From the IMG/VR virus record IMGVR_UViG_3300044692_000034, positions 32,001 through 96,000 of that record: DNA of 64,000 nt. One strand, written 5' to 3'. Position numbers and translations under genes: made by a program. The stretch comes from a virus. Of this stretch, positions 7,879-17,408 are shown piece by piece. Every line of letters begins with the position of its first letter. Within the stretch, counting starts at the first letter, position 1. The notes beneath the pieces were generated by a model. The model was not told where the DNA came from. It worked only from the letters and a program-made list of their open reading frames with translations, and did no database searches.

Positions 7879-9647
7879 AGGATCGCCGGCCGTCCGTTCC
7901 TTTCGATGACTTGCACGGCCGACAACTCTACCGGCAGCCCACAGGACCGACAGAGCCCCGTCTTCCTGTCCTTGTTGCTGATCACGTCAACGCACGAGCA
8001 GAGCATGCCCCACGAACGGAGCCTGTCCCGGTTCTGCCGGTCGGCGACGGCTGCGTGCTCGTCGCACAGCTCCTCGATGTCGCTGATCGGCTTCTCCATG
8101 CCCTTGATCTGCCTCCACCCCGATGGCACGCGCCGCGCCGCTTGCCGCTCGATGCCGGCCTTCTTGCACCACGCGCACGGGCCGCGCTCGATCCGCTCCT
8201 CCTCTCGGCGCGTGTAGTACACGTTCTTGTCGGCGAGTCGTTGCGCTCCACGTGAGCCCGCCCAATGCTCGACGACGACCGCCGCACCGGGGTTCTCGAA
8301 GTCGGGGAGCGCCACACCGTCCGGCGTGAACTTGCCGCCCGTGAGGTCGAGCGCCGGCACGGCCTGCCCCATCTCGGGCTTGGCGTTCCACAGCTCCCGG
8401 CCGTCGAGCGGGTTCACGTACGTGTGGTGGTTCTGCATCACGATGATCGGCTGCGCCCTGAACAGGCTCCGCCGCGTGAACCACTCCGGGAAGAAGTCGG
8501 GCTTCTTGACGCGGGCTGCTTCCATATCTCGCATCACGACGAGCCCAACGTCCTCCTCTGCATGCTTCAACCGCTCACGGAAGTTGCTCGGCACCGTCGC
8601 CACCAACTCGTCAGCATCGATGACGAAGAACCAGTCACCGGGGTCGCTCACACCAAGCGCCGTCGTAAACAACGACGTACGCTTCTCGACCTCACTCTCC
8701 CACGGATACGGCGGGATGTGCAGTGTCACACCCATCCCCAGCTTCGCACACACCAGCACAATGGACCCGAGCTGGTCCCCCGGACTCATGTGCTCCTTGC
8801 CCGGGTAGAGCTTGTACCTGCCGTCCATGGCGACAACGTGGTCGACGCCGGCGGCGGCCATGCGCGTCAGGCAGCCGGTGAGCACCTTGATCGGCTCGTT
8901 GAAGAACGAGAGCAGCGCGACGATCCGTTCGCCGCGTGGTGCCTGCACGTGGCGCGGCGGCTGCTTGTTCTCCCCGACCTCGTCTTCCGGCACTTCGATG
9001 TCGTCGGGGACGTCTGTCCACCGGACGGCTTGTGGCTTGGCTCCGATGAGCAGCCGCTTCTGCGGCGCTTCGTCGAGTTGGTTCCACCGCTCCTTGACGT
9101 GGAAGACGAAACCGTCTCGCGGCGAGATGATCCCGATACCTGACTGCGCGAGGTTGTACGAGAGGACGTAGTCCATCTGACCACCAAACTCGCTGACCTC
9201 CAGCGGGTGGTCGAGCCACAGCTCACGGGTCATGCACGTGAGCGCGAGCCCCGCGAACGTGGTGTCGATGACCTCGTACTCCTCGACCTCGTCCTTGGTC
9301 ATGAACGCGTAGCTTGTAACAAGCGGCGGCGGCGGCGGCAGCACGTTCGTCGTCAGGTTCATGAGTGGTGTGTCGGCCGCGAGCTGGCAATAGCCGGTCA
9401 CGCACAGGTCAGTGTTCTCATCGTGGAGCGCGAGCACCGCCGCGAGCGCTTCCGGCGTCGGCCGCGTGTCGTCGCTAATGACGACATAGCGGTCAAAGCT
9501 CGTGGCTTTGATCGCCTCGTTGATCGCCCATGCCGCCTGCCGCTCGGGCATGTACTGGATCCAGCACTTCGCCACCGGGAGAGACGCGAGCGCTTCCATG
9601 CAGTCGGGTATCTCACGCGGGTTCAAGATCATCAGTGCGGTGTTCAT
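7875..9647 (-). CDS. two-domain GT-A-type glycosyltransferase
   Basis: YVVISDD in the N-terminal domain; ALLSFFNE...VVAMDG...FFVIDADE (DxD) in the second domain. Confidence 0.75.
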   Translation of the reverse strand: MNTALMILNPREIPDCMEALASLPVAKCWIQYMPERQAAWAINEAIKATSFDRYVVISDDTRPTPEALAAVLALHDENTDLCVTGYCQLAADTPLMNLTTNVLPPPPPLVTSYAFMTKDEVEEYEVIDTTFAGLALTCMTRELWLDHPLEVSEFGGQMDYVLSYNLAQSGIGIISPRDGFVFHVKERWNQLDEAPQKRLLIGAKPQAVRWTDVPDDIEVPEDEVGENKQPPRHVQAPRGERIVALLSFFNEPIKVLTGCLTRMAAAGVDHVVAMDGRYKLYPGKEHMSPGDQLGSIVLVCAKLGMGVTLHIPPYPWESEVEKRTSLFTTALGVSDPGDWFFVIDADELVATVPSNFRERLKHAEEDVGLVVMRDMEAARVKKPDFFPEWFTRRSLFRAQPIIVMQNHHTYVNPLDGRELWNAKPEMGQAVPALDLTGGKFTPDGVALPDFENPGAAVVVEHWAGSRGAQRLADKNVYYTRREEERIERGPCAWCKKAGIERQAARRVPSGWRQIKGMEKPISDIEELCDEHAAVADRQNRDRLRSWGMLCSCVDVISNKDRKTGLCRSCGLPVELSAVQVIERNGRPAIL

Positions 9648-10369
9648 GCGGCTCCCTCTAGCACAGGTGCCGCGCCAGTCTCACGCAGCTCTTCGACTCG
9701 TTCGAGGACGTGCAGTGCGTCGGTGAGGCTGCACATGCCGGAGCGCGACCCCATGAAGTTGTGCCACTGCGCGAACAGCGGCTTGAGCCGGTGCGCGCAT
9801 AGGTCAAAAGCGCGCTCGCCCCACGCCGGTCCGACGGTCTCGATGCGGCGCACCATCTCTGTGTAGTTCGCCTTCGTGCTGTACTCGGCGTGCCCGAAGC
9901 CCAGGAACCTGACGAGGTCGACGTCGTGCGTGACGAGGTCGAGCCAGATGTCGGGGCTCGGGCGCGTCCCCCACCGCACCATCTTGACGGTCGTCTGTGC
10001 GCGCTGCGGGCGGGTGCTGCCAGCGATGATCGCCTGCACGATTGGGTTCCACCTTTCGGTGTAGCCCACGGCCGGCCGGCTCGCCCCGATGAAGTCACGT
10101 AGGCGTGCCATTTCGTTCGCGCTCGCCGCACCGGGCTTCTCGATGAGCAGCCGCTCACAGATCCGCTCGATGTCGACAGAGACCTCGGCGAGATGTTTGA
10201 TTGGTACAGCGACGACAGCAGCCGAGTAGTAGACGCCTACTGGGACGTCAAGTCGCATCGCGCCGGCGTCGGGGCGTGGGTCGACGGTAGTGACGCGGTA
10301 CCCGAGGTTGCGGAGCGTGTCAGCGTGGAACCTGCCCATACGGCCATGCCCCACGACGAGGGCTCTCAC
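9644..10369 (-). CDS. Gfo/Idh/MocA family NAD(P)-dependent oxidoreductase
   Basis: VVGHGRMGRFH Rossmann motif, LIEKP, VGYTERWNP, DLVTHDVD. Confidence 0.88.
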   Translation of the reverse strand: MRALVVGHGRMGRFHADTLRNLGYRVTTVDPRPDAGAMRLDVPVGVYYSAAVVAVPIKHLAEVSVDIERICERLLIEKPGAASANEMARLRDFIGASRPAVGYTERWNPIVQAIIAGSTRPQRAQTTVKMVRWGTRPSPDIWLDLVTHDVDLVRFLGFGHAEYSTKANYTEMVRRIETVGPAWGERAFDLCAHRLKPLFAQWHNFMGSRSGMCSLTDALHVLERVEELRETGAAPVLEGAA

Positions 10370-10632
10370 GCCTGCTCCGCTGCTGCCTGACGAGCCTGCA
10401 CCGTCTCCCGGACCTGCGTGATCTCGACGCCGGGGCCGAGCACCATCACCGGCACCTTGAACCCCCACTGCTCAGAGACGTGCGCCTTGATATCTCCTGC
10501 CAGCTCCTTGAAGTCGTGGTTCGGCATGGTCTTCCACGTGTCGCCATCCAAGCTGAAGACGAGCGCGTCTCCCGGCTCCAACGTCAGCTTCCGGACCTCG
10601 ATGTCCATGAGCCGCTTTAGGTCGTCGGTCAT
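10366..10632 (-). CDS. hypothetical protein
   Basis: Coupled ORF (MTDDLK...) with SD. Confidence 0.6.
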   Translation of the reverse strand: MTDDLKRLMDIEVRKLTLEPGDALVFSLDGDTWKTMPNHDFKELAGDIKAHVSEQWGFKVPVMVLGPGVEITQVRETVQARQAAAEQA

Positions 10633-11003
10633 GCTTCCTCTCCTGTGATCTGCCGCCACCATGCGACAGCTTGAACCCGGTTTCTGACCCCAATGCGCGG
10701 ATAGATCTGCGCAAGGTGATACTTCACTGCCTGCTCTGTCGTCGACAACCGCGCCGCTATCTCAGAGTTCGTGAACCCTTCGGCGAGCAGTGTCACGACC
10801 TCTGCTTCGGTGCGCGAGAGCCCGTGACTAACGTCACGGCGCGTCCCCTCGTCCGGCGTGAACTCGTACGCCTCCCGGTTGTAGACGACCGTCTCAACCG
10901 TCTGCGAGCCGCACTGATGGCAATACGGTGTCTCGCGCTGCAACCTGCAAGCCCGGCACACACGGATTTTGACGCCCTTTGGCCATAGCGGTACGCCGCT
11001 CAT
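10629..11003 (-). CDS. zinc-ribbon plus LuxR-type HTH transcriptional regulator
   Basis: CRAC...CHQC, then LSRTEAEVVTLLAEGFTNSEIAARL...VKYHLAQIY..IGVRNRVQAV. Confidence 0.85.
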   Translation of the reverse strand: MSGVPLWPKGVKIRVCRACRLQRETPYCHQCGSQTVETVVYNREAYEFTPDEGTRRDVSHGLSRTEAEVVTLLAEGFTNSEIAARLSTTEQAVKYHLAQIYPRIGVRNRVQAVAWWRQITGEEA

Positions 11004-12652
11004 CGGCCCACCACCGCAACCATCGGCACCTTCGGCTCGACCATTAGGTCGGCGCCGCCGACGCAGTTGGCCATACCAAGCGCCGTCAGGCCGTCAATGA
11101 CGCGCACCTCTTGCAAGGCCGCCGAACGGCTCGTCGCCGGCCGGTCGAACCTGTACTTGTCTCCCGGCAGCTTCCGTGCTATCGCATTCATGATGTGCGA
11201 GCGGAGAGCACCATGAATCTCCTCCCTCTCTCCTGTCGTTCCGTCAACGACGATGTCGGGAACGCGGCACCAGCGAAGCCACCTCTCCACCACATCGCTG
11301 TCAGGTGCCGCGCCGCCACGCAACGCCTGCATGAACGCGTCGTAGTCCTGCTGCGCGTTCGCGTTCCCTTGAGACCGATCAACGACGTCGCAGCCGATCT
11401 CTTCCTCAAGCCAAAGCATCGTGTCTTCGGCTTTGGTGGTGTCCATCACGACCATCTTGATGGGGTTGCGTGCGTGGATCGCCAAGAAGGCGTCACGCAC
11501 GTGCACAGGGCTGAGCGTTGTGCCATCGCGCGGCGGCTCAAGGATCCATGCCTGCCCGATGAGACGCAGCTTGCGGTGCGGGATCCACAGCGGCACGAGC
11601 GCCGTCGTGTCGAGGCTCCATGCGAAGTCGGCACCGACGATGATGGGCACACCCTTCGGCAGGATGCCTTCGGGGGCTTCTTCGAGTTGCCCCGCCTCCA
11701 GCACGGCGTCATCCCAGTCGGCTTCGTTGACGGCTGCGCTACTCGACCGCGCCGGGATGTTGCACGTGAGCCGCAGCCACCCCTCGCCGTAATCGAGCGT
11801 CGGGCTCGCGCGCTTGCGCCGTAGGCTCTCCTCCGTGATCTTGGCGAGCGGGTTCGCCTGCTTCACGATGGAGATGTCTTCGACGAGTCGGCGGTCTGGG
11901 ACGGCGTACTCGTGCAGGACGCTCGTGTCCGTCTCGTAGCGGCCGAAACACACGCCGCGCTTGGTGCTCTTCGTCGCGTGCTGCCGCAGCGAGTCGCGTG
12001 ACTTCTCAAAGTCGCTGCCCGGCTCACCGGACGTCGAGATCATGACGATGCTCGCGCCGCGCTTCTCACACTTGCCCTTCCACAGCCGATACAGGCCAAG
12101 GTCGCGGTGCCGGTGCCCCTCGTCGATGACCGGCAGTGTGGGGATGACGCCGTCTGCTGTGTCCTTGTCGGCGGCGTACACCTTGAGGCCCTGCCCGCCG
12201 TTGAACCGGTGCTTGATGAGCCGTGTGCCCTTGATCTCGTACGGGCCGTCGCACGAGCCGCGCTCACCTGGCAGAGCGTTCTCATCGGGTACGGTCGGGC
12301 CGTCCTTCATGTACAGCAGGCCCGGTGTGCGCTCAATGAACCCCTTCGCCTGTGTGAACAGGATCTCCGCCTGGTCGCGAGACGCGGCGCCGATAGGCAC
12401 CCACGGCTCGTTCGTGACCTCCAGGTGGTAGAGACAGATCTCCGCGATGAACGTTGTCTTGGAGTTGCCCTCCGGGACGATCAGCCAGCACTCTTCGTAG
12501 CCGTGAAGGACGTCTGCCATGAAGTCGAGCTGCCACCGCTCCGGCGGATGCCTCTTCCCGTCCTCGAAGACCAGCTCAGACGCCCAGCGCTTGAAGTGCG
12601 CGAGCGTGCCGGGCTGGCCCTGGACCTGCCCTGGCCACTCATGCCACGCCAT
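11000..12652 (-). CDS. terL: phage terminase large subunit
   Basis: ERWQ Q-motif, Walker A-like VPEGNSKTT, AASRDQA, Walker B VIDEGH, ISTSG coupling motif, KQANP, nuclease VGADFAWSLDTTAL and IDGLTAL. Confidence 0.9.
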   Translation of the reverse strand: MAWHEWPGQVQGQPGTLAHFKRWASELVFEDGKRHPPERWQLDFMADVLHGYEECWLIVPEGNSKTTFIAEICLYHLEVTNEPWVPIGAASRDQAEILFTQAKGFIERTPGLLYMKDGPTVPDENALPGERGSCDGPYEIKGTRLIKHRFNGGQGLKVYAADKDTADGVIPTLPVIDEGHRHRDLGLYRLWKGKCEKRGASIVMISTSGEPGSDFEKSRDSLRQHATKSTKRGVCFGRYETDTSVLHEYAVPDRRLVEDISIVKQANPLAKITEESLRRKRASPTLDYGEGWLRLTCNIPARSSSAAVNEADWDDAVLEAGQLEEAPEGILPKGVPIIVGADFAWSLDTTALVPLWIPHRKLRLIGQAWILEPPRDGTTLSPVHVRDAFLAIHARNPIKMVVMDTTKAEDTMLWLEEEIGCDVVDRSQGNANAQQDYDAFMQALRGGAAPDSDVVERWLRWCRVPDIVVDGTTGEREEIHGALRSHIMNAIARKLPGDKYRFDRPATSRSAALQEVRVIDGLTALGMANCVGGADLMVEPKVPMVAVVGR

Positions 12653-12833
12653 CGCGCCCCTCTAGGAACCTGCGTACGTCTTCCTGCTCAGCAGCCTTGA
12701 GGGCTTCGTAGGCTTCTGGTTTGAGGAGCTTGTGCGCCGCAGCGTCGATCTTCTCGCTGGCTCGCCGTAGCGACTCGACCATCTCCTCGTCGAAGAGGGA
12801 GATCGTGTGTACGACGTGCGGCTCCTCGCTCAT
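12639..12833 (-). CDS. small hypothetical protein
   Basis: Coupled between the protease and terL. Confidence 0.55.
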   Translation of the reverse strand: MSEEPHVVHTISLFDEEMVESLRRASEKIDAAAHKLLKPEAYEALKAAEQEDVRRFLEGRDGVA

Positions 12834-13429
12834 CGTGACCGCTCAGTGGTGATCAGCGTGAACGGCTCCCGGACGCCGGCGCCGTGGTGCTGCGCCGCGT
12901 CGAGCGCGTACGGCAGGTGAGCAGGGTCCGGCCCGTTGAGGCGTGCGCCGAGCGCGTGCAGGGCGCCGAGCGCGTGGTATGCCCCTGACCCGACGGCGTT
13001 GTACCCGTAGGAGGTGCGGCACACATGGAAGTCGCTGTCGACGGAGAACAGGTAGCCGGCGACGCCGACGAGCCATGTCCCGCCCGTCTCCGTCCCATTC
13101 TCGACCTTCGTGTAACCGTGCTCCTTGAGTGCCTGCCTGACCTTCGGGACGTACTTGGTGACCATCCACCGGAGCCACCACTCGTCCGCGTCATCGGGGT
13201 CCCATTCGGTGTCGTCGTCTTGCGGGTTCGGGGGCTCGGCGTGGTACCTGAGGATTTGCAGCATCCGGTAGCTGCTCGTCCCACCGATGACGAAGTTGTA
13301 GTCGGGGCCTTCGTAGACCCATGCCTTGGCGTCGAGCCGCACTCCCGCGTTGCAGAAGTCAGCTGCACCGAAGGAGTCGAAGCCGATGATGGTCTCGCCT
13401 TCGTACTCCATGCCGACGACGCATGTCAT
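12830..13429 (-). CDS. HslV/proteasome-like Ntn threonine protease
   Basis: N-terminal M-T-CVVG nucleophile, IGFDS, AVGSGAYHALGAL. Confidence 0.82.
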   Translation of the reverse strand: MTCVVGMEYEGETIIGFDSFGAADFCNAGVRLDAKAWVYEGPDYNFVIGGTSSYRMLQILRYHAEPPNPQDDDTEWDPDDADEWWLRWMVTKYVPKVRQALKEHGYTKVENGTETGGTWLVGVAGYLFSVDSDFHVCRTSYGYNAVGSGAYHALGALHALGARLNGPDPAHLPYALDAAQHHGAGVREPFTLITTERSR

Positions 13430-13638
13430 CGGCGGCTCCCGGCTGCGCGGGGGCGTGGCCGCACACGGTTGGTGCGGGGGGCGTCGGCCTCGTCTCTCTC
13501 CTCCATGAGGCCATCCGCAATGAGCTGGTTCTCGACCGCTCGCGTGAGGTACGTATTGAGGCCAATGTCGCCGCGTGCCTGGTCGACCAACCTTTTGGTC
13601 TCGTTGTCCAGTCGAAGCGGAACCCGCTCAAGGGCCAT
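13426..13638 (-). CDS. ribbon-helix-helix DNA-binding protein
   Basis: RVPLRLDNETKRLVDQARGDIGLNTYLTRAV. Confidence 0.7.
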   Translation of the reverse strand: MALERVPLRLDNETKRLVDQARGDIGLNTYLTRAVENQLIADGLMEERDEADAPRTNRVRPRPRAAGSRR

Positions 13639-13720
13639 CTATGTCCGTCCTTGGGTTGTTGACGTAACTTCCGTCTCGACCCGACGGACCGTGCTAGAGG
13701 CCACCCTCCTCTATGAGCGC

Positions 13721-13758
13721 ATCATAGGGATGGCACCATTAGGCGCCAAGTGGCACAT
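13721..13758 (-). promoter_or_regulatory. promoter TTGGCG-N17-TATGAT overlapped by three 10-bp-phased boxes (TGGCAC/AGGCGC/TGGCAC)
   Basis: Boxes at 13731, 13741 and 13751; -35 at 13744-13749, -10 at 13721-13726. Confidence 0.55.
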
Positions 13759-13970
13759 CCGTTTAGGCCGCTAGCCGCTAGTTTCCTGTGCGTAGCTGCT
13801 GATGCTGGACTCAACCGGCATCTTGAACGACCCAGAGCACGGCACCACGTGGTTTAGAGGGTCCAATCGTTGGTGCGCTGTCATGCGCGGCTCGTCGTTG
13901 ACAAGCTCAAGTTCGCGGCGAGAACCGCACGTAACGCAGTCGCCCCACAGCGGCGGATGACCATAGACGG

Positions 13971-14486
13971 TCAATTACGTAGCCGGCCGGTGAGTACAGG
14001 CTTTGCACGAGGGGGCCGCTCCCGTGGCGGGTCAGGTTTGCGCGGAGAGGGTGGCGGCGAACCTGCGTCCGAAGGGGGGTCCTCCTCCGGAGCCGCCACG
14101 GGAGCAGTACTGCCCCCTACCCGCTTCTTGCGCTCCGCAACTGGCTTCGCACGCACCGGTTTCTCCGTAGCAGTAGGCGCCTCCACGGCGCGTCCCCGGC
14201 GCAGCCCGCGTGCCATGCCGACGTACATGGACTGCGGCAGCTCGGGCTCAGGGTCTGCCGGCTCGGGTGGGAGGTCCGGCACCACCGTAAGTACGCGCCC
14301 ATCCTCCCCGGCAAACGTCTTCTTGATGCCCAGCCGGATGAGCTGACGGTCCATGAGCATCTTGGACCACGGGTCACCTTCGAGGATCAGCTCTATGAAC
14401 CTTGTGCGCGAGACGTCGCCGCGAGCCGCCTCAAGCGCTTCGTGCAGGTCGTGCTCAAGCTTGATGTTGACCGCGATCTTCGGCAC
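13971..14486 (-). CDS. ribbon-helix-helix protein with Pro-rich tail
   Basis: AVNIKLEHDLHEALEAARGDVSRTRFIELIL, similar to the 13426-13638 product (ARGD motif). Confidence 0.65.
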   Translation of the reverse strand: MPKIAVNIKLEHDLHEALEAARGDVSRTRFIELILEGDPWSKMLMDRQLIRLGIKKTFAGEDGRVLTVVPDLPPEPADPEPELPQSMYVGMARGLRRGRAVEAPTATEKPVRAKPVAERKKRVGGSTAPVAAPEEDPPSDAGSPPPSPRKPDPPRERPPRAKPVLTGRLRN

Positions 14487-14707
14487 ACCCGGAGGGTAGC
14501 CACATCAAGGACCATCCGCGACCCTCCACGTACCGCCTGACCTTAGACGGGTGCCAGCCGATCATGTACTTGATGATCGGAGCGGCGTTGACTACGACGT
14601 CTCGCTGTACGACGGCGCCCGCCACGAACCCTCTCTTGCCTCCGGAGTCGACCCGGATGATTCCGTTGAGGGTTCCCGGCGAGTGCATCTCGACCCAGAT
14701 GCCTCGC

Positions 14708-15379
14708 CTACGACAAGTCGGCGACGGCTGGTCCACAGTCGATGCTTGCGCGGCGGTGCATGAGGAGCCGGCCGAGCCAGTTCTCGCCCCACAGCTCTTC
14801 GACGCCACCGTCCTCCTTGTCGCGACGTCCCCAGCACTTGCCCGGCGGCCGGCGAGCCCACCCGCCCGGCGGCTTGGTGACCCAGATGGCTCCCCACCTG
14901 ACGTCGCCCCAGGTGTTGCCCTCGACGAGCATCCTGTACCCGGTCTTGACCAGATTCTCACGCAGTGTGGCGTCCATGAACTTTTGGCACAAGAGCCATG
15001 CCATGCCCCACTGAGCGAAGCCACGATCCCAATCGGGTTGGAGGTCGTCGACGATGCCGCCCTTGGCTGACGGCTTGCCGAGCTTCTTGGACGCCCCGGC
15101 GGAGTCGGCCGCGAGGACCTGGAGAGCGACCTCAAGCTTGCTCGTCTTGAACGCTTGGAACGGTCGCTCGTTGCCGTTGACGATCAGAGTGTTGCCGACG
15201 ACGCGGACGTTGTAGAGCGCGGCCATGTCCTTGACCGCGTCCATGTCGCCTTGCAGCCATGTCACGTTCGAGAGGAAGCCATTCTCGGCACCGATGCGTA
15301 GCGCGATCAGGTGCCCATCGAAGAAGTTGCTCGCCCACGACATGTTGTCGCGGAACTCGTAGATCGGGCCGGCGGCCAT
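14708..15379 (-). CDS. NADAR (YbiA-like) family protein
   Basis: IYEF...WASNFF, ERPFQAFK, QKF...LVKTG...LVEGNTWGDVRWG, GENWLGRLLM. Confidence 0.85.
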   Translation of the reverse strand: MAAGPIYEFRDNMSWASNFFDGHLIALRIGAENGFLSNVTWLQGDMDAVKDMAALYNVRVVGNTLIVNGNERPFQAFKTSKLEVALQVLAADSAGASKKLGKPSAKGGIVDDLQPDWDRGFAQWGMAWLLCQKFMDATLRENLVKTGYRMLVEGNTWGDVRWGAIWVTKPPGGWARRPPGKCWGRRDKEDGGVEELWGENWLGRLLMHRRASIDCGPAVADLS

Positions 15380-15672
15380 CAGGAGAACTCCACTCGCAGC
15401 GACTCCGGTGTGGTCGCGTACAGCGGCACGAGAACGCCGTAGTCCGCAAGATGCCCGTCCTCGAAGACGACATGCACGTACGTGGCCACCTCCGTTCCGA
15501 TGACCACCTTGCGCCGCTCGATCGAATGCACGTACCCAAAGGCGTCGCCGGTGCCGCTGACGCCAACCACGCGCACCGGCTCGTGGTCGAGCATCCGCTT
15601 CAAGGCCAGCTCCTCGCGCGTGAACGTCTTGGTGTAGGTCACTGAACCCCTTCCGTCGTGTATGTACGTCAT
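15379..15672 (-). CDS. hypothetical protein
   Basis: Coupled ORF (MTYIHDG...). Confidence 0.55.
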   Translation of the reverse strand: MTYIHDGRGSVTYTKTFTREELALKRMLDHEPVRVVGVSGTGDAFGYVHSIERRKVVIGTEVATYVHVVFEDGHLADYGVLVPLYATTPESLRVEFS

Positions 15673-16100
15673 GCGACTCCCTCGCGGCGCCACGCCGGGA
15701 ACGGAATCTCGTCCTCGTACCGCCACCACCGGTACCTGAACCCACGGAACCCCTTGACGATCGCGAGCCCTGCCGGGTGGCTCGTGCCCGCCGGCCCCGG
15801 GAGCGTGCACGCCACGGCCCCGCCGCGCCGCACAAGCGCGTAACCGCGCCCGTCACCACCAAAGCGCGTGCTGTACGGCTCCACCTCGACAAGCGGTGCG
15901 TAGCCGCGTAGATGCCCGTGCGCAACGACATACACGCGGTCACCGGGGACGATGTCCGGCCTGCGCTTGCCGATGTTGAAGCCGTATTCGAACTCGCCTT
16001 CCCATTCGACTGGCTCCCGGCATGCGTTGTCTGCCGCAAGGTCACCCTCGCACAGCCACTCCGACCACAACTCCTTCGGGACCGTTACGACGACGTCCAC
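15669..16100 (-). CDS. ASCH/PUA-like hypothetical protein
   Basis: PGDRVYVV..G.LRGYA and KGFRGFRY resemble ASCH-like phage proteins. Confidence 0.45.
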   Translation of the reverse strand: MDVVVTVPKELWSEWLCEGDLAADNACREPVEWEGEFEYGFNIGKRRPDIVPGDRVYVVAHGHLRGYAPLVEVEPYSTRFGGDGRGYALVRRGGAVACTLPGPAGTSHPAGLAIVKGFRGFRYRWWRYEDEIPFPAWRREGVA

Positions 16101-17408
16101 GCGTCCTCCTTGAGCACGCCCACGAGCGGCGTGCCCGTGCGCCACTCGCGCGGCGGCGTCTGCTTGAGCGAGTTCCAGAAAGCTTCGAACGCTCGGCGGA
16201 GTTCGAGGCGGGTGGCGTGGTAGCCAGCCGTCCAGAGCCACATCCGCCTGTACCAGCCGTCACTGAGCGCGTCGATGTCCGCTTGCGTCGCGTTCATGTT
16301 CGCCATCTCAATCCTCTCGCGGTTCCGTGGTGCCCCAGTGACGCGGCCGGGACGTAGCCGTCAAAGCTTCGTCGATTTCTTCGTGTACGCGTGCGTCTCT
16401 CTCGCCGTTGAGCTTGTCGCGCTCGGCACGACGAACGTCCTCCGTGTACTTCTTGAGCAGCGTGAGAATCGGTTCGCCACTAGCAGACTTCGCCACAATC
16501 GTCGCCCGAAAGAACGCGAGATGCGCCTCATGAAATCCCTGCGAGTCGGTCACGGCCTCTCCCATCCTGCTTGGAATGCGTACCGGCACATCGGCTCCCC
16601 CCACCGGCACGACTCCCAGAACGTCTTCCCGGCACGAGCTGCTTCCTGCCCAGCCCCATACAACGCCGGGTACCGCGACTTCAGCATCACCGCATCCATC
16701 TCTGGTACGCGCTCCGTCGGGCCACGTCGGACCGGCTCAGGCACATCCTCGAAAGATGACGGTTGGTGGGGCACGAGAGCAGCAGGCTACCGGCTGTATG
16801 GCCACCGCGCTACGTCGAGACGTTCCCACTCGTTGTGGCTCGACTTCAGCGACGCGAACAACCTCACCTTGTCAAGGTCCTGCACCACCTTGAACGCTGC
16901 GTTCTCCCAGCGTTGCAGCAGCCGCCCATGCCCAGCGATGGGCTTGCCGTGTGCGCCGCTCAGCGGGTAGACGTCCCACACGAACCGCATGGTGTCGAGG
17001 TCGTCGGTGGAGTAGGGCGCGTACCCGCACCACACGAGCACACCAATCGCGTCAGGGTCGATCCACGGGATGCTCGTTTCGACGACGAGGTCACCGGGCT
17101 CGGGTGGATCGAGATCGCCGGCCTGTTCGTCGGCATACACGACCTCGCGGGCCGTCTCCACCACGAGCATGAGTTCGTCACGCGTCACCGTGGATCGAAC
17201 TTCCTTCCCATGCCACGGGTTGGGACGACCTCGATCGTGCTCGGCTCGACGTCTTCGATCTCCACCCATGCACGATGGACGGAGACCGGGCCGCCGTACT
17301 CCTGCGCGCTTGCGATGACATCCACAGCGGCGGCGAGGGCCTTAGCGTTCAGCTCGTGGTTGTCGTTGTCGGTTGCGATCTTTAGGACCGCCATGCGCTG
17401 CGGCCCCA

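Noticed and set aside
6601-8217. Long + strand ORFs (e.g. 538 aa here; also 27016-28329, 44020-45306, 52148-53398)
   Set aside because: Antisense shadows of well-supported minus-strand genes in high-GC DNA; Arg/Val/Gly-rich with no motifs.
14708-16045. 445-aa version of the NADAR ORF (and similarly extended starts for GroES, NTase, MTase 2 and RNR)
   Set aside because: The N-terminal extensions overlap other credible coupled genes and look like shadow sequence; starts were moved to coupled ATG/GTG codons.
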